From positions 1 through 18,210 of the forward strand of contig JAYUEN010000138.1 of NCBI GenBank assembly GCA_043739185.1: DNA of 18,210 bases, written 5' to 3'. Both the position numbers and the translations under genes were made by a program. The notes under the pieces were generated by a model. That model was not told the DNA's origin and did no database searches. It saw only the letters and a list, made by a program, of their open reading frames with translations. This document shows, in pieces, positions 1-7,558 of the stretch. How positions within the stretch are numbered: the stretch's first letter is position 1; each line of letters opens with the position of its first letter. This stretch comes from Bdellovibrionales bacterium. Its GTDB lineage: Bacteria > Bdellovibrionota > Bdellovibrionia > Bdellovibrionales > JAMPXM01.

Positions 1-270
1 GTTCGCCTGCGTCCGATTTTAATGACGTCAGTTGCAACTGTCGCAGGAGCCTTGCCTGAAGCTCTTTCAATCGGTCCTGGAGCTGAAACAACCATTCCGA
101 TGGCGATTGCCATAATTGGAGGGGTTATTGCTTCAACGATTTTAACTTTATTTGTAGTGCCCGTTGTATATAGCTTATTTTCAAAATTAGAAAAGCCCGA
201 TCCCTTAGATTTACAAAATAAAAAAGACTCGGTTTTGTCGCCGAGTCTTGAAAAACTCTATTTAAGCTAG
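1..270 (+). CDS. Efflux RND transporter permease (AcrB/MdtC type), C-terminal fragment, 5'-truncated by window edge
   Basis: Frame 1 is open from base 1: VRLRPILMTSVATVAGALP...GAETTIPMAIAIIGGVIASTILTLFVVPVVY. This is the classic RLRPILMT TM11-TM12 signature of HAE1 RND pumps. Confidence 0.95.
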   Translation, partial: VRLRPILMTSVATVAGALPEALSIGPGAETTIPMAIAIIGGVIASTILTLFVVPVVYSLFSKLEKPDPLDLQNKKDSVLSPSLEKLYLS

Positions 271-296
271 AGTTTACTTTTCATATATATAAATAA

Positions 297-680
297 TTAT
301 TTACCGCAAATCAAATCGTCAATACGTACATCTTGGCCGTTGACCTTTTGATCTAAATAACCCGTATCACGGCCTACAATGCCGCCTGATTCAATACTAA
401 AAGTATAGCCATCATTTCCTGTTGACTCTTTACAGGTATAGACAATGTTAGTATTTCGTGGAGTTAAATGCATTGTAGGTAAACATGTAAATACCACCGG
501 GCTTGCTGATTTACCTTTAAATGTAAAGTAGCCCTCTTTGATATTAACGGCCATAGTATCAATAAGTTTAAAACTACCTTTTTGACCCATGGTGCATGAT
601 AAAACTTCGCCAGGCATAGCCCCAGCATTTGCATAAGTACCTGAAAGCATAGCGATAACTAGTAATGACATGATTTTCAT
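297..680 (-). CDS. Small secreted hypothetical protein (~127 aa, 4 Cys)
   Basis: The ORF track gives 297..734, but the ATG at 680 is preceded by AGGAGA. It begins a Sec-type signal peptide, MKIMSLLVIAMLSGTYANA. The mature part is beta-rich with four Cys. Confidence 0.75.
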   Translation of the reverse strand: MKIMSLLVIAMLSGTYANAGAMPGEVLSCTMGQKGSFKLIDTMAVNIKEGYFTFKGKSASPVVFTCLPTMHLTPRNTNIVYTCKESTGNDGYTFSIESGGIVGRDTGYLDQKVNGQDVRIDDLICGK

Positions 681-736
681 AAAATCTCCTTTAAGATTAA
701 GTTTGTTTACTTGTCTGTATGCGTTATACAGCAAAA

Positions 737-778
737 TTCACAAAAAAGGAATTATTTTTCACAAAAAGGGAATTATTT
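737..778. repeat. 21-bp tandem direct repeat, 2 copies, 1 mismatch
   Basis: TTCACAAAAAAGGAATTATTT (737-757) is followed immediately by TTCACAAAAAGGGAATTATTT (758-778). Confidence 0.9.
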
Positions 779-806
779 TTTCATTGCATTGAAAATATGA
801 TATTCT
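775..806 (+). promoter_or_regulatory. Candidate TetR operator palindrome overlapping a putative extended -10 promoter
   Basis: TTTTCA-T-TGCA-T-TGAAAA (778-795) is an 18-bp palindrome with one mismatched pair. TGnTATTCT at 798-806 lies 10 nt before the tetR ATG, and there is no obvious RBS. Confidence 0.45.
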
Positions 807-816
807 TACAAGTGAT

Positions 817-1503
817 ATGCCGAAAAAGGTCTCCAAAAAATTAGCAAGGCCTAGCGATGAGAAGCCAAATATATCTAAAACGATATATGCTGAACTATTT
901 CCAAAAAATCTCTCAAAATCAGATCGGCGTAAAATTGAAATTATAGAGGGAGCCATCGAAGCCTATTCTGAAGTTAGCTTCGAATCGGTCAGCTTTGACG
1001 ATGTTGCAGAGCCTGCTAAAACTAGCCGTAAATTGGTGCAACATTACTTTCCCGATAAAAAAGAATTATTTGAAACCAGTATGAAACTAGTACGTGCGCA
1101 ATTTCAAATTTTAGCAGTCGAAGCGCTTTCAAAAGCGAAATCTCCTGCTGAACAGTTCGACGAATATGTAAGATCAACTTTTTACTGGGTACGAACGCAA
1201 CCCAAGCATGTTAAATCTTGGATGTTGTTTTTTTTAGTTTGTGCCCAACAGCCAAAGTTCAAAGCTGTTCATGCTGAACTAACCAAGATGGGCGAAGAAA
1301 GAATCATGGCGATGATCAAGAACATAGAGGTCGGCGCCCAAATAGATACCAAGAACCTGGCAAGTATTGCTAAAAACATTCAGCGCCTCATTACTGGTGG
1401 CTTGATTGAAGTGAGTTGTGAGCGCGCTTCAGATGAAGTTGAGCGAGTTCAAGAAGAAGTACTTGAGGCATGTCGATTACTTCTTCACAGAGCCAGGAAT
1501 TAA
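817..1503 (+). CDS. TetR/AcrR family transcriptional regulator
   Basis: The N-terminal HTH reads RRKIEIIEGAIEAYSEVSFESVSFDDVAEPAKTSRKLVQHYFPDKKELF. The C-terminal domain is all-helical; 228 aa in total. Confidence 0.93.
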   Translation: MPKKVSKKLARPSDEKPNISKTIYAELFPKNLSKSDRRKIEIIEGAIEAYSEVSFESVSFDDVAEPAKTSRKLVQHYFPDKKELFETSMKLVRAQFQILAVEALSKAKSPAEQFDEYVRSTFYWVRTQPKHVKSWMLFFLVCAQQPKFKAVHAELTKMGEERIMAMIKNIEVGAQIDTKNLASIAKNIQRLITGGLIEVSCERASDEVERVQEEVLEACRLLLHRARN

Positions 1504-1681
1504 ACTAAGCTGTCCTTTTTTTAGTATGTAAAATGTTGAAAACAGTAGAGTCGGGCATTACGAAATACTTTTTAATACTAGTAGTCTCTGCAGTCGCCCA
1601 ACGTGAAAATGCCGTAAATTGGCTAAGATGTCGTTCTTTCAACGCTTTTGAGTCTTCAATTAGGCTATTTCACGCAATGAA

Positions 1682-3304
1682 ATGGTATCTATCTTGCTAA
1701 CTTTAGTAACTATGCGACTCAATCAATTGTTCTCTATTCAAAGCTTGCGATTGGTGAGTCTTTTGATTTTGAATTTCACCTCCATTGGCTATGGCGAAAG
1801 CCTAAATGTAAGCGTCCCTTCTTTTAGTATGGGAAGTGATCAATACGAAAGAGAAATCATTTACCCTGGCCCCCCTCGATGTGAAGCTTTGTTTGAATCA
1901 TCAAATGCTCATCAATCCAAAGTTGCGATGGTTGTAAGAAAAGCCAACGAAAGGTTTAAAATTCGAGGTTGGAGCGAGGGTTTCCTTAAAGAGCGCTTTA
2001 AGGTAGCGGAAAAATATGACTCTCAATCTGAATATTATTATATTCGCCCCAAAAACAGAAAAAAACCAATTGCAACGATTGGTATTACAATTGCTGAATA
2101 TACCGAAGCTGAAACCAAAGAGATGATTCCGGTCGAGGAAACTTTAAAGGTATTTCCCCTTCCGAGACCTCTGGATAGTAAAAAACGCGGATTTATCGCT
2201 GAACTCAGAACTTACTCTATTGAAAGGGCTTTTCATAGTGAGGCCTATCCAAAGCTATTGTCATTATTTTTTGAGAATTTTTTTACACGATTGCAGGAAT
2301 ACCCTGAACTTTACGATGAACCAATCCTCTACACCTATGCGGATGAAACCTCATTGAGACTTTATGGAATGATGGGTTTTACTAAGCTCAGTGAAAACTC
2401 AACTTCACATGAAGGTAGCAATTGGTGGGTAATGGTCACCACTCCAAGAATCCTAGAGAGCTCGATCAAGCGCGTGCCAGCGGTTGATACGATTCATGGT
2501 TTCAATCAGCCAATTAATATTAAATTGCAAAATGGTTTGGATGCAAAACTAGAGGCGCACGGCATGGCTCTCAATCAAGAATTTATGCGCTCTCAAAACG
2601 CCCCGATGTCTCAGCATATTTCCGTAATAAATGAGCCGCTAGAAATTGAGCCTGGTGTATGGGCAGACAAAGGTTCTTCATTAACCTGGCATGCCAATGG
2701 CAAACTCGCGCATATTTCTAAATTGGCAAAGCCACTTCCGATTACAAAAGACCTCATTGCCAATGCGGGGGGTTCAATTGGCTTTAGTCCTGAAGGCAAA
2801 TTAACTTTAATTGGGGATCTTGCTAAGGCGGCAACAGTAGCTCCCGGCATTCGTGCGGCAGAGCACGCAAGTGTGAATTGGTATCCAGACGGCAGTATCT
2901 ATTCGGTAAGTCGTCTCGCTAAAAAATCGCTGGTAGCAGAAAATATTTATGCGAGTGCCGGCGCGCAAGTTGAGTGGCGACTTTCGGGCGGACATATAAG
3001 CTATATTTCAAGGCTAGCAGAGAATGCAGATCTTGGAGATAAAATTATCGGAGCAAAAGGTGCGGAGGTGAGTTGGACTCCGAACTGGAATAAAAAAGGC
3101 AAGATTGTCGTCAATATGGTATCCCAAATTGGTTTGGAATGTCGAGTTGCTCCACGAATTTGGGCGGCCCCAGGTTCTTCGTATTATTCAAGTCATGATC
3201 CCAAAAAGTCTCCTGCAGTTTCAATTCTAGCAAGACCATTTAAGGCGAAGAATGAAGATTTCAAGGCCGGAGATTTTTTATCTTATGGTACTGAAATAAA
3301 GTAA
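1682..3304 (+). CDS. Probably secreted protein: GNAT-like (FeeM/N-acyl synthase-like) acyltransferase domain plus C-terminal ~32-aa repeat array
   Basis: The N-terminus is hydrophobic (start may be the ATG at 1712). A GNAT-like pattern reads KPIATIGI...MIPVEE...FIAELRTYSI...ILYTYADETSLRLYGMMGF. Six or more repeats follow from nt 2633. Confidence 0.65.
   Translation: MVSILLTLVTMRLNQLFSIQSLRLVSLLILNFTSIGYGESLNVSVPSFSMGSDQYEREIIYPGPPRCEALFESSNAHQSKVAMVVRKANERFKIRGWSEGFLKERFKVAEKYDSQSEYYYIRPKNRKKPIATIGITIAEYTEAETKEMIPVEETLKVFPLPRPLDSKKRGFIAELRTYSIERAFHSEAYPKLLSLFFENFFTRLQEYPELYDEPILYTYADETSLRLYGMMGFTKLSENSTSHEGSNWWVMVTTPRILESSIKRVPAVDTIHGFNQPINIKLQNGLDAKLEAHGMALNQEFMRSQNAPMSQHISVINEPLEIEPGVWADKGSSLTWHANGKLAHISKLAKPLPITKDLIANAGGSIGFSPEGKLTLIGDLAKAATVAPGIRAAEHASVNWYPDGSIYSVSRLAKKSLVAENIYASAGAQVEWRLSGGHISYISRLAENADLGDKIIGAKGAEVSWTPNWNKKGKIVVNMVSQIGLECRVAPRIWAAPGSSYYSSHDPKKSPAVSILARPFKAKNEDFKAGDFLSYGTEIK
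2633..3292 (+). repeat. Protein-level tandem repeat, ~32-38 aa x 6 plus a partial unit
   Basis: EPLEIEPGVWADKGSSLTWHANGKLAHISKLA / KPLPITKDLIANAGGSIGFSPEGKLTLIGDLA / KAATVAPGIRAAEHASVNWYPDGSIYSVSRLA / KKSLVAENIYASAGAQVEWRLSGGHISYISRLA / ENADLGDKIIGAKGAEVSW... / LECRVAPRIWAAPGSS...VSILA. Confidence 0.9.
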
Positions 3305-3317
3305 GTACGATCTAAAA

Positions 3318-3824
3318 TTAAGCCATTTCTTCAACAGCAGTTTTCAATGCCAGCAAGCCTTGTGCTAAATTTTGTTTGTTTATTAGTGAGAGTTTTTGAA
3401 TGCGCTTTTCAAATTGCAGGCGCGTGCGTTTCTGATTGCTTTCAAAAGAGCGTTTTCCTTGCGGAGTGAGCTGAACTATAATCTGTCTACGGTCTGAAGT
3501 ATTTGCGACTCTTTCAACAAGCTTTCGCTTGATCAGCCAGTCTAACATTCGTGAAGTGGCGGCAACGCTAAGACCAAGATTATCGGCCAACATAGAATTG
3601 TTGGTGGGCTCAATCCATAGGTTCGCAAGAACTCGAAATTGCGATACCGTAAGGTCAACTGATCTTGACTCACGCATTTCAACGCGAATTTCTTGCATGG
3701 CAAATGGAATAGTCTCTAAAAACAAAGAGGCTATTTCAGCGTCAGCAAACGTCGATGCACGTGGGATTGAGCGCACAGCCGTCTTTCTCTGTTTAATACG
3801 AGATTTACTTTCTTCGGCTTGCAT
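3318..3824 (-). CDS. MarR family transcriptional regulator
   Basis: Winged-HTH signature DLTVSQFRVL...LADNLGLSVAATSRMLDWLIKRKLVERVANTSDRRQIIVQLTPQG. It overlaps the upstream gene by 20 nt. Confidence 0.95.
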   Translation of the reverse strand: MQAEESKSRIKQRKTAVRSIPRASTFADAEIASLFLETIPFAMQEIRVEMRESRSVDLTVSQFRVLANLWIEPTNNSMLADNLGLSVAATSRMLDWLIKRKLVERVANTSDRRQIIVQLTPQGKRSFESNQKRTRLQFEKRIQKLSLINKQNLAQGLLALKTAVEEMA

Positions 3825-5289
3825 TTACATTGCTCAAGTTTGAGATCCCGGTGAAATGAATAAATGTACCACCTTGATTAGAAGAGTAGTCGCAAGTAAA
3901 TGGCTCTTTTGAATCGTGTGTGGGCGTGGATTTAAAATTCGTACAATCAATAGTCAGATTGGCCTGGCCGGCATTAGGCAAAGGAATTTTATCGCTGCCA
4001 TTCAATTGCGAGCTAGATTGATTCCAGGAAACGTTTTGAATCGGAATTTCCTGGCTCGACTGAGGGTCGTCTGCAAAGTTTATAATGGTGACAATTACAT
4101 TTTGCTCACTTGGAGCTACAAATAAATCTATTATTTCTTGTGCTGTGCCTCTTGCCGGATAAGTCACCATTAAATCGATACCTGATGACGCTTTACCATT
4201 GGCCATTACTTCGCTAACGCGTTTTTCTGTATGTCTGCCAGTTTTGGTGTCGACCACATCTTGTGAGCGATAGGCATGATAAAGTTTTCGAACCGCCGCA
4301 CGCCCATTCGAATGATCGGGCTGATCCGGAGAATTGAGCGGATCAATATCCACGCTCGACTCTGCGACCAAGCCAGTCCCTGAATTTACAAAATGCTGAC
4401 ACCGAATTCGATTGTTTTGATTTTCAAAATGACAATCCAAAGTGAAATTCAATTGGTTAGTTGTATTCATTCCATTGTTGGTATTCCCCAGATTGAAAAC
4501 TCCAGTGCCAGTCAATGAATTGCTCACTAGATCCAGGCTTGAATTTGCATGTATCAACTGAAGGGCGCCGCCGTAATTGAGGCTCACCGCAACTGACTTA
4601 ACTGGCACAACTAAATTTAAAAAATCTTCAGCCGTTCCTTTACGAGGCTTTAAAATTAATAAATGTACCGGGCGGGATTCGCCGGTAGATTTAAAAGTGG
4701 TCGTGCCAAGATAAGAGTTCACTTGATTGGCGGCCGGATCAGAAGAAGAAGCTTTACCATGAACTTTTGCCGCAACTTCTTTAAGACTCGCTCCATCTTT
4801 CGTGAGTGTAAAATTCAATATGTTTGAGCTACTGGTTGCAGACTGAATACTACCGCCAGACATTACGCCATTTCGAATATTAGCTGAAAGGCTCAATGTT
4901 TGAACAACTGCAAGTGTGCCATTGTTTGAAGTTATTTTGATAATGGCATTGTAATTTCCGGTTGAGTCATCATAATTTGAAGTATCGGTAACGAAGCTTA
5001 CCGGGCTGGTTTCATTTAAATAATCTATATAGCCGACAAGTGTGGCTGCGGCAGTGCCTGCAGTGCCATCACTATTATTTTGCGCAATCATTTTGGCTAC
5101 AAGATTCATTTGCATTGCGCCGAGAGGCGAGCCATTTGAGTCAGTGAGTACGCCAGAATATCGACCGGCTGGTGCCGAAATCTTTGCCAATTGCACTTGT
5201 GCCTGCTGTTTTTTAAAGTCGTCGGTACTTCGATCTTGAGCGCAACCGAAAACCATGCCCAGTGTGAGTGCCAATAAAGTTTTTTTCAT
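3805..5289 (-). CDS. Hypothetical lipoprotein with internally duplicated beta-rich domains
   Basis: It has a GAGGA RBS and a lipobox signal, MKKTLLALTLGMVFG-C. The sequence is Ser/Thr/Asn-rich and beta-like, with two homologous segments that each carry a Cys pair. Confidence 0.8.
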   Translation of the reverse strand: MKKTLLALTLGMVFGCAQDRSTDDFKKQQAQVQLAKISAPAGRYSGVLTDSNGSPLGAMQMNLVAKMIAQNNSDGTAGTAAATLVGYIDYLNETSPVSFVTDTSNYDDSTGNYNAIIKITSNNGTLAVVQTLSLSANIRNGVMSGGSIQSATSSSNILNFTLTKDGASLKEVAAKVHGKASSSDPAANQVNSYLGTTTFKSTGESRPVHLLILKPRKGTAEDFLNLVVPVKSVAVSLNYGGALQLIHANSSLDLVSNSLTGTGVFNLGNTNNGMNTTNQLNFTLDCHFENQNNRIRCQHFVNSGTGLVAESSVDIDPLNSPDQPDHSNGRAAVRKLYHAYRSQDVVDTKTGRHTEKRVSEVMANGKASSGIDLMVTYPARGTAQEIIDLFVAPSEQNVIVTIINFADDPQSSQEIPIQNVSWNQSSSQLNGSDKIPLPNAGQANLTIDCTNFKSTPTHDSKEPFTCDYSSNQGGTFIHFTGISNLSNVNASRRK

Positions 5290-5310
5290 AAAAATCCTCT
5301 CAATTCGAAT

Positions 5311-6069
5311 TTACATTCTAAGTCTAAAGATTCCCTGCAAACCAAAACCGCTCATATCTGAGCCCGAAACACTTCCATACACTTCCTGAATTCCAATTCC
5401 CAAAATTAAATCTGCACTGCCAATCATTTTTGACAAACTCTGAGAGTCGTAAAGAAGATCTAAATTGGCCTCTACCGGAAAGCCATAGGCGCTGACGCCA
5501 TTGTCTAATTCTGTGCGGCTGGCAACCATCCAGGTGGGTAGGATATAAAGGCCAATTGCAGGCTCAAGATGAAATGGAAGCGCGTGATGAGCAATGTATT
5601 CAGCGCCCAATCTTAAGGAAAACAAATTCAGAGATTCGTGAGCAATTTGAGGTGAGCTTGCTGAAATGCCGTAGCCAGCAGTACGGTCCAAACTCAAATA
5701 CGAAATACCTACTTTGGTAGAAAGCTCTCCTTGGCTGCCAAGATCGGCATATTTTGAAATATAGTTTGCAGATACGAGTGGAAGGCCTGCGCGATTAAAA
5801 TCGCTCGTATCCGAAAGGTAACTTGATAAGGCAAAGTTTTTCGGGGCCCAAGAGGAGGCCGAAAGCTCAAAGCTTCGTGGATTGCGTTCAATCGGCACCA
5901 CTTTAATAATTTGAATTTCGCTTTGAGAAAGCGGCAAATTAAAAATTTGTTGTTCTTCTTTGGGCGGCAGAACTTTTTTCGTTTTCTTTGCGGCCAATGC
6001 AGGCTGGGCCCCGGCAAAGAGCATTCCAAAAAAGAAAAGCAGCGTAAAGGTGAATTTACTTAAATTCAT
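5311..6069 (-). CDS. Hypothetical exported protein, probable outer-membrane beta-barrel
   Basis: The signal peptide ends in ALA. Amphipathic strands include LFSLRLGAEY, VEANLDLLY, LILGIGIQEVY and the terminal GFGLQGIFRLRM. It has an ATGA overlap with the tolC-like gene. Confidence 0.65.
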   Translation of the reverse strand: MNLSKFTFTLLFFFGMLFAGAQPALAAKKTKKVLPPKEEQQIFNLPLSQSEIQIIKVVPIERNPRSFELSASSWAPKNFALSSYLSDTSDFNRAGLPLVSANYISKYADLGSQGELSTKVGISYLSLDRTAGYGISASSPQIAHESLNLFSLRLGAEYIAHHALPFHLEPAIGLYILPTWMVASRTELDNGVSAYGFPVEANLDLLYDSQSLSKMIGSADLILGIGIQEVYGSVSGSDMSGFGLQGIFRLRM

Positions 6070-7418
6070 TTTTTCTCCAAAAGTAAGTCTATTAGGCCAG
6101 TCAAGGATTGTCCCGAAGCTACAAAGTAGTTCGTCATTGCAAGAATCGTATTATATTCGGTTTGAAAAAAAGATTGATCGGCGGTGAATTGCGAAGTTTG
6201 CACTGTTAAAAATACCAAAAAATCAATTGTAGCCAGGCGATAGTTTCGTCTGGCTTCGGCCACAGATTCTCTTGCAAGGGTCGAGGCTTCTTCAGCGGAA
6301 CCAAGTGAGGCTTCAGAGCTTTCAAGAGTTTTTCGAGCCGTCAGTTGCGCGAGCTGCAAAGTTTCGGTTGCGCCGCGCGCCTGGGACTCTAATTGGTAGT
6401 CTTGAGAACCGAGAGCTCGCTGTTCATGAACAGATGAGAGCCCACTGAAAATAGGAATTGTCAGCTGTAAGCCCACCGACCAGAATTGAGAATAGTTTGA
6501 AAAAATATCAGCTTTGGTAAAACTCGTGCTGCCGATATCTCCAATTATTGCAAGCGTCGGATAATGCTTGCCCCAAGTTTGATCTTTCAGTTCATTGAGT
6601 TGCAAACGGCTGAGTCGGATGCGCTCGAGTTCAGGCAAACGAGATTGCTTGAGATTCACTCTTGAATCGATTACCGAAAGTGGAATGCGCACCAATTTAC
6701 CTCGGAGTTTGGTATCACTTTGAGGAATGCCGCCCATATATGTTGTCAAATTAGCGGCAGCCGTGACAATGGCATTTTGCGCGGTAATTATTTGTGGTTT
6801 CAGTAGCGCCATTTGGGTTTTCACTTGTAATACATCAAGAAGTTGCCCGCGTCCGGTCTGATAGCGGCCTTGTGAGGTTTTGAGGGTTTCTTGGAGAATA
6901 TCATGCTGGCGATTGAGTAGCTCAAGTAACTTTTGAGCCAAGATGACATTATAAAATGCCTGTATGACTTGGCTGCTGAGATTGCGTTCAGCAATTTCAA
7001 GATCAACGCTATGAATTTGGCGATCGTATTCTGAGTTTCGTATAGCTGAAAAAGTACCGTAAGCAAATAAAGGCTGAGTCAATTTAAGATCTAAGTTATA
7101 GGAATTGTAAGGTTGACCACCAAAGGGCGCAGTCCCACTCGTGCCCACCGCGGCCTCTTGATAAAGGCCTGTGCCGGTAAAATTAAGTGTTGGATAAAGT
7201 ATCGATTTTGTAAGTGCTGTTGCCGCTTTATCTTGATTCAATTTCTCGCGCGTCTGAATAATGCTTGGATTGTTTTTTAGCGCAGTATCAATAGCCTCGC
7301 GGATCGTGATAATGTTGACGCTGTTTGAATCTTCAGCCAAAGCAGGAATCACAAAAATCAGGCTAAATAGAATTGCACCTAAAAATTCACGGGGACCAAT
7401 TAATTTATTTTGCCTCAT
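6066..7418 (-). CDS. TolC family outer-membrane efflux protein
   Basis: It has a GGAGGA RBS and a signal peptide. OEP motifs include ITIREAIDTALKNNPSI, LYPTLNF, LKLTQPLF, VIQAFYNV, RYQTGRGQLLDVLQ, HYPTL and WSVGLQLTIPIFSG. Confidence 0.95.
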   Translation of the reverse strand: MRQNKLIGPREFLGAILFSLIFVIPALAEDSNSVNIITIREAIDTALKNNPSIIQTREKLNQDKAATALTKSILYPTLNFTGTGLYQEAAVGTSGTAPFGGQPYNSYNLDLKLTQPLFAYGTFSAIRNSEYDRQIHSVDLEIAERNLSSQVIQAFYNVILAQKLLELLNRQHDILQETLKTSQGRYQTGRGQLLDVLQVKTQMALLKPQIITAQNAIVTAAANLTTYMGGIPQSDTKLRGKLVRIPLSVIDSRVNLKQSRLPELERIRLSRLQLNELKDQTWGKHYPTLAIIGDIGSTSFTKADIFSNYSQFWSVGLQLTIPIFSGLSSVHEQRALGSQDYQLESQARGATETLQLAQLTARKTLESSEASLGSAEEASTLARESVAEARRNYRLATIDFLVFLTVQTSQFTADQSFFQTEYNTILAMTNYFVASGQSLTGLIDLLLEKK

Positions 7419-7479
7419 GGATTCCTCCGAAAAATCGAGATGCTTTGAACGAGATGGTTTTCACTTTGCCGGCAGGCGC

Positions 7480-7515
7480 AGCTTAACAGGCATTTGTTGC
7501 AGTATGCAACTAAAT
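7480..7515 (-). promoter_or_regulatory. Sigma70-type promoter for the tolC operon with an overlapping inverted-repeat operator (probably MarR-type)
   Basis: On the minus strand, TTGCAT (7509-7504) is followed by an 18-bp spacer ending in TGn and then TAAGCT (7485-7480). The perfect inverted repeat GTTGCA-GTA-TGCAAC at 7496-7510 covers the -35. Confidence 0.65.
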
Positions 7516-7558
7516 TTTAAGCTTAGGCTTTAGGTAAAAACCACAATATTGATAGGAA

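Noticed and set aside
681..734. N-terminal extension of the 145-aa ORF
   Set aside because: A strong RBS and a signal peptide support the start at 680.
737..783. 21-bp repeat as a CRISPR array or iteron set
   Set aside because: There are only two adjacent copies, no spacers, and no cas or rep gene.
1504..1681. Possible ncRNA or riboswitch in the 178-bp intergenic region
   Set aside because: I recognise no riboswitch or sRNA motif and see no convincing stable stem by eye.
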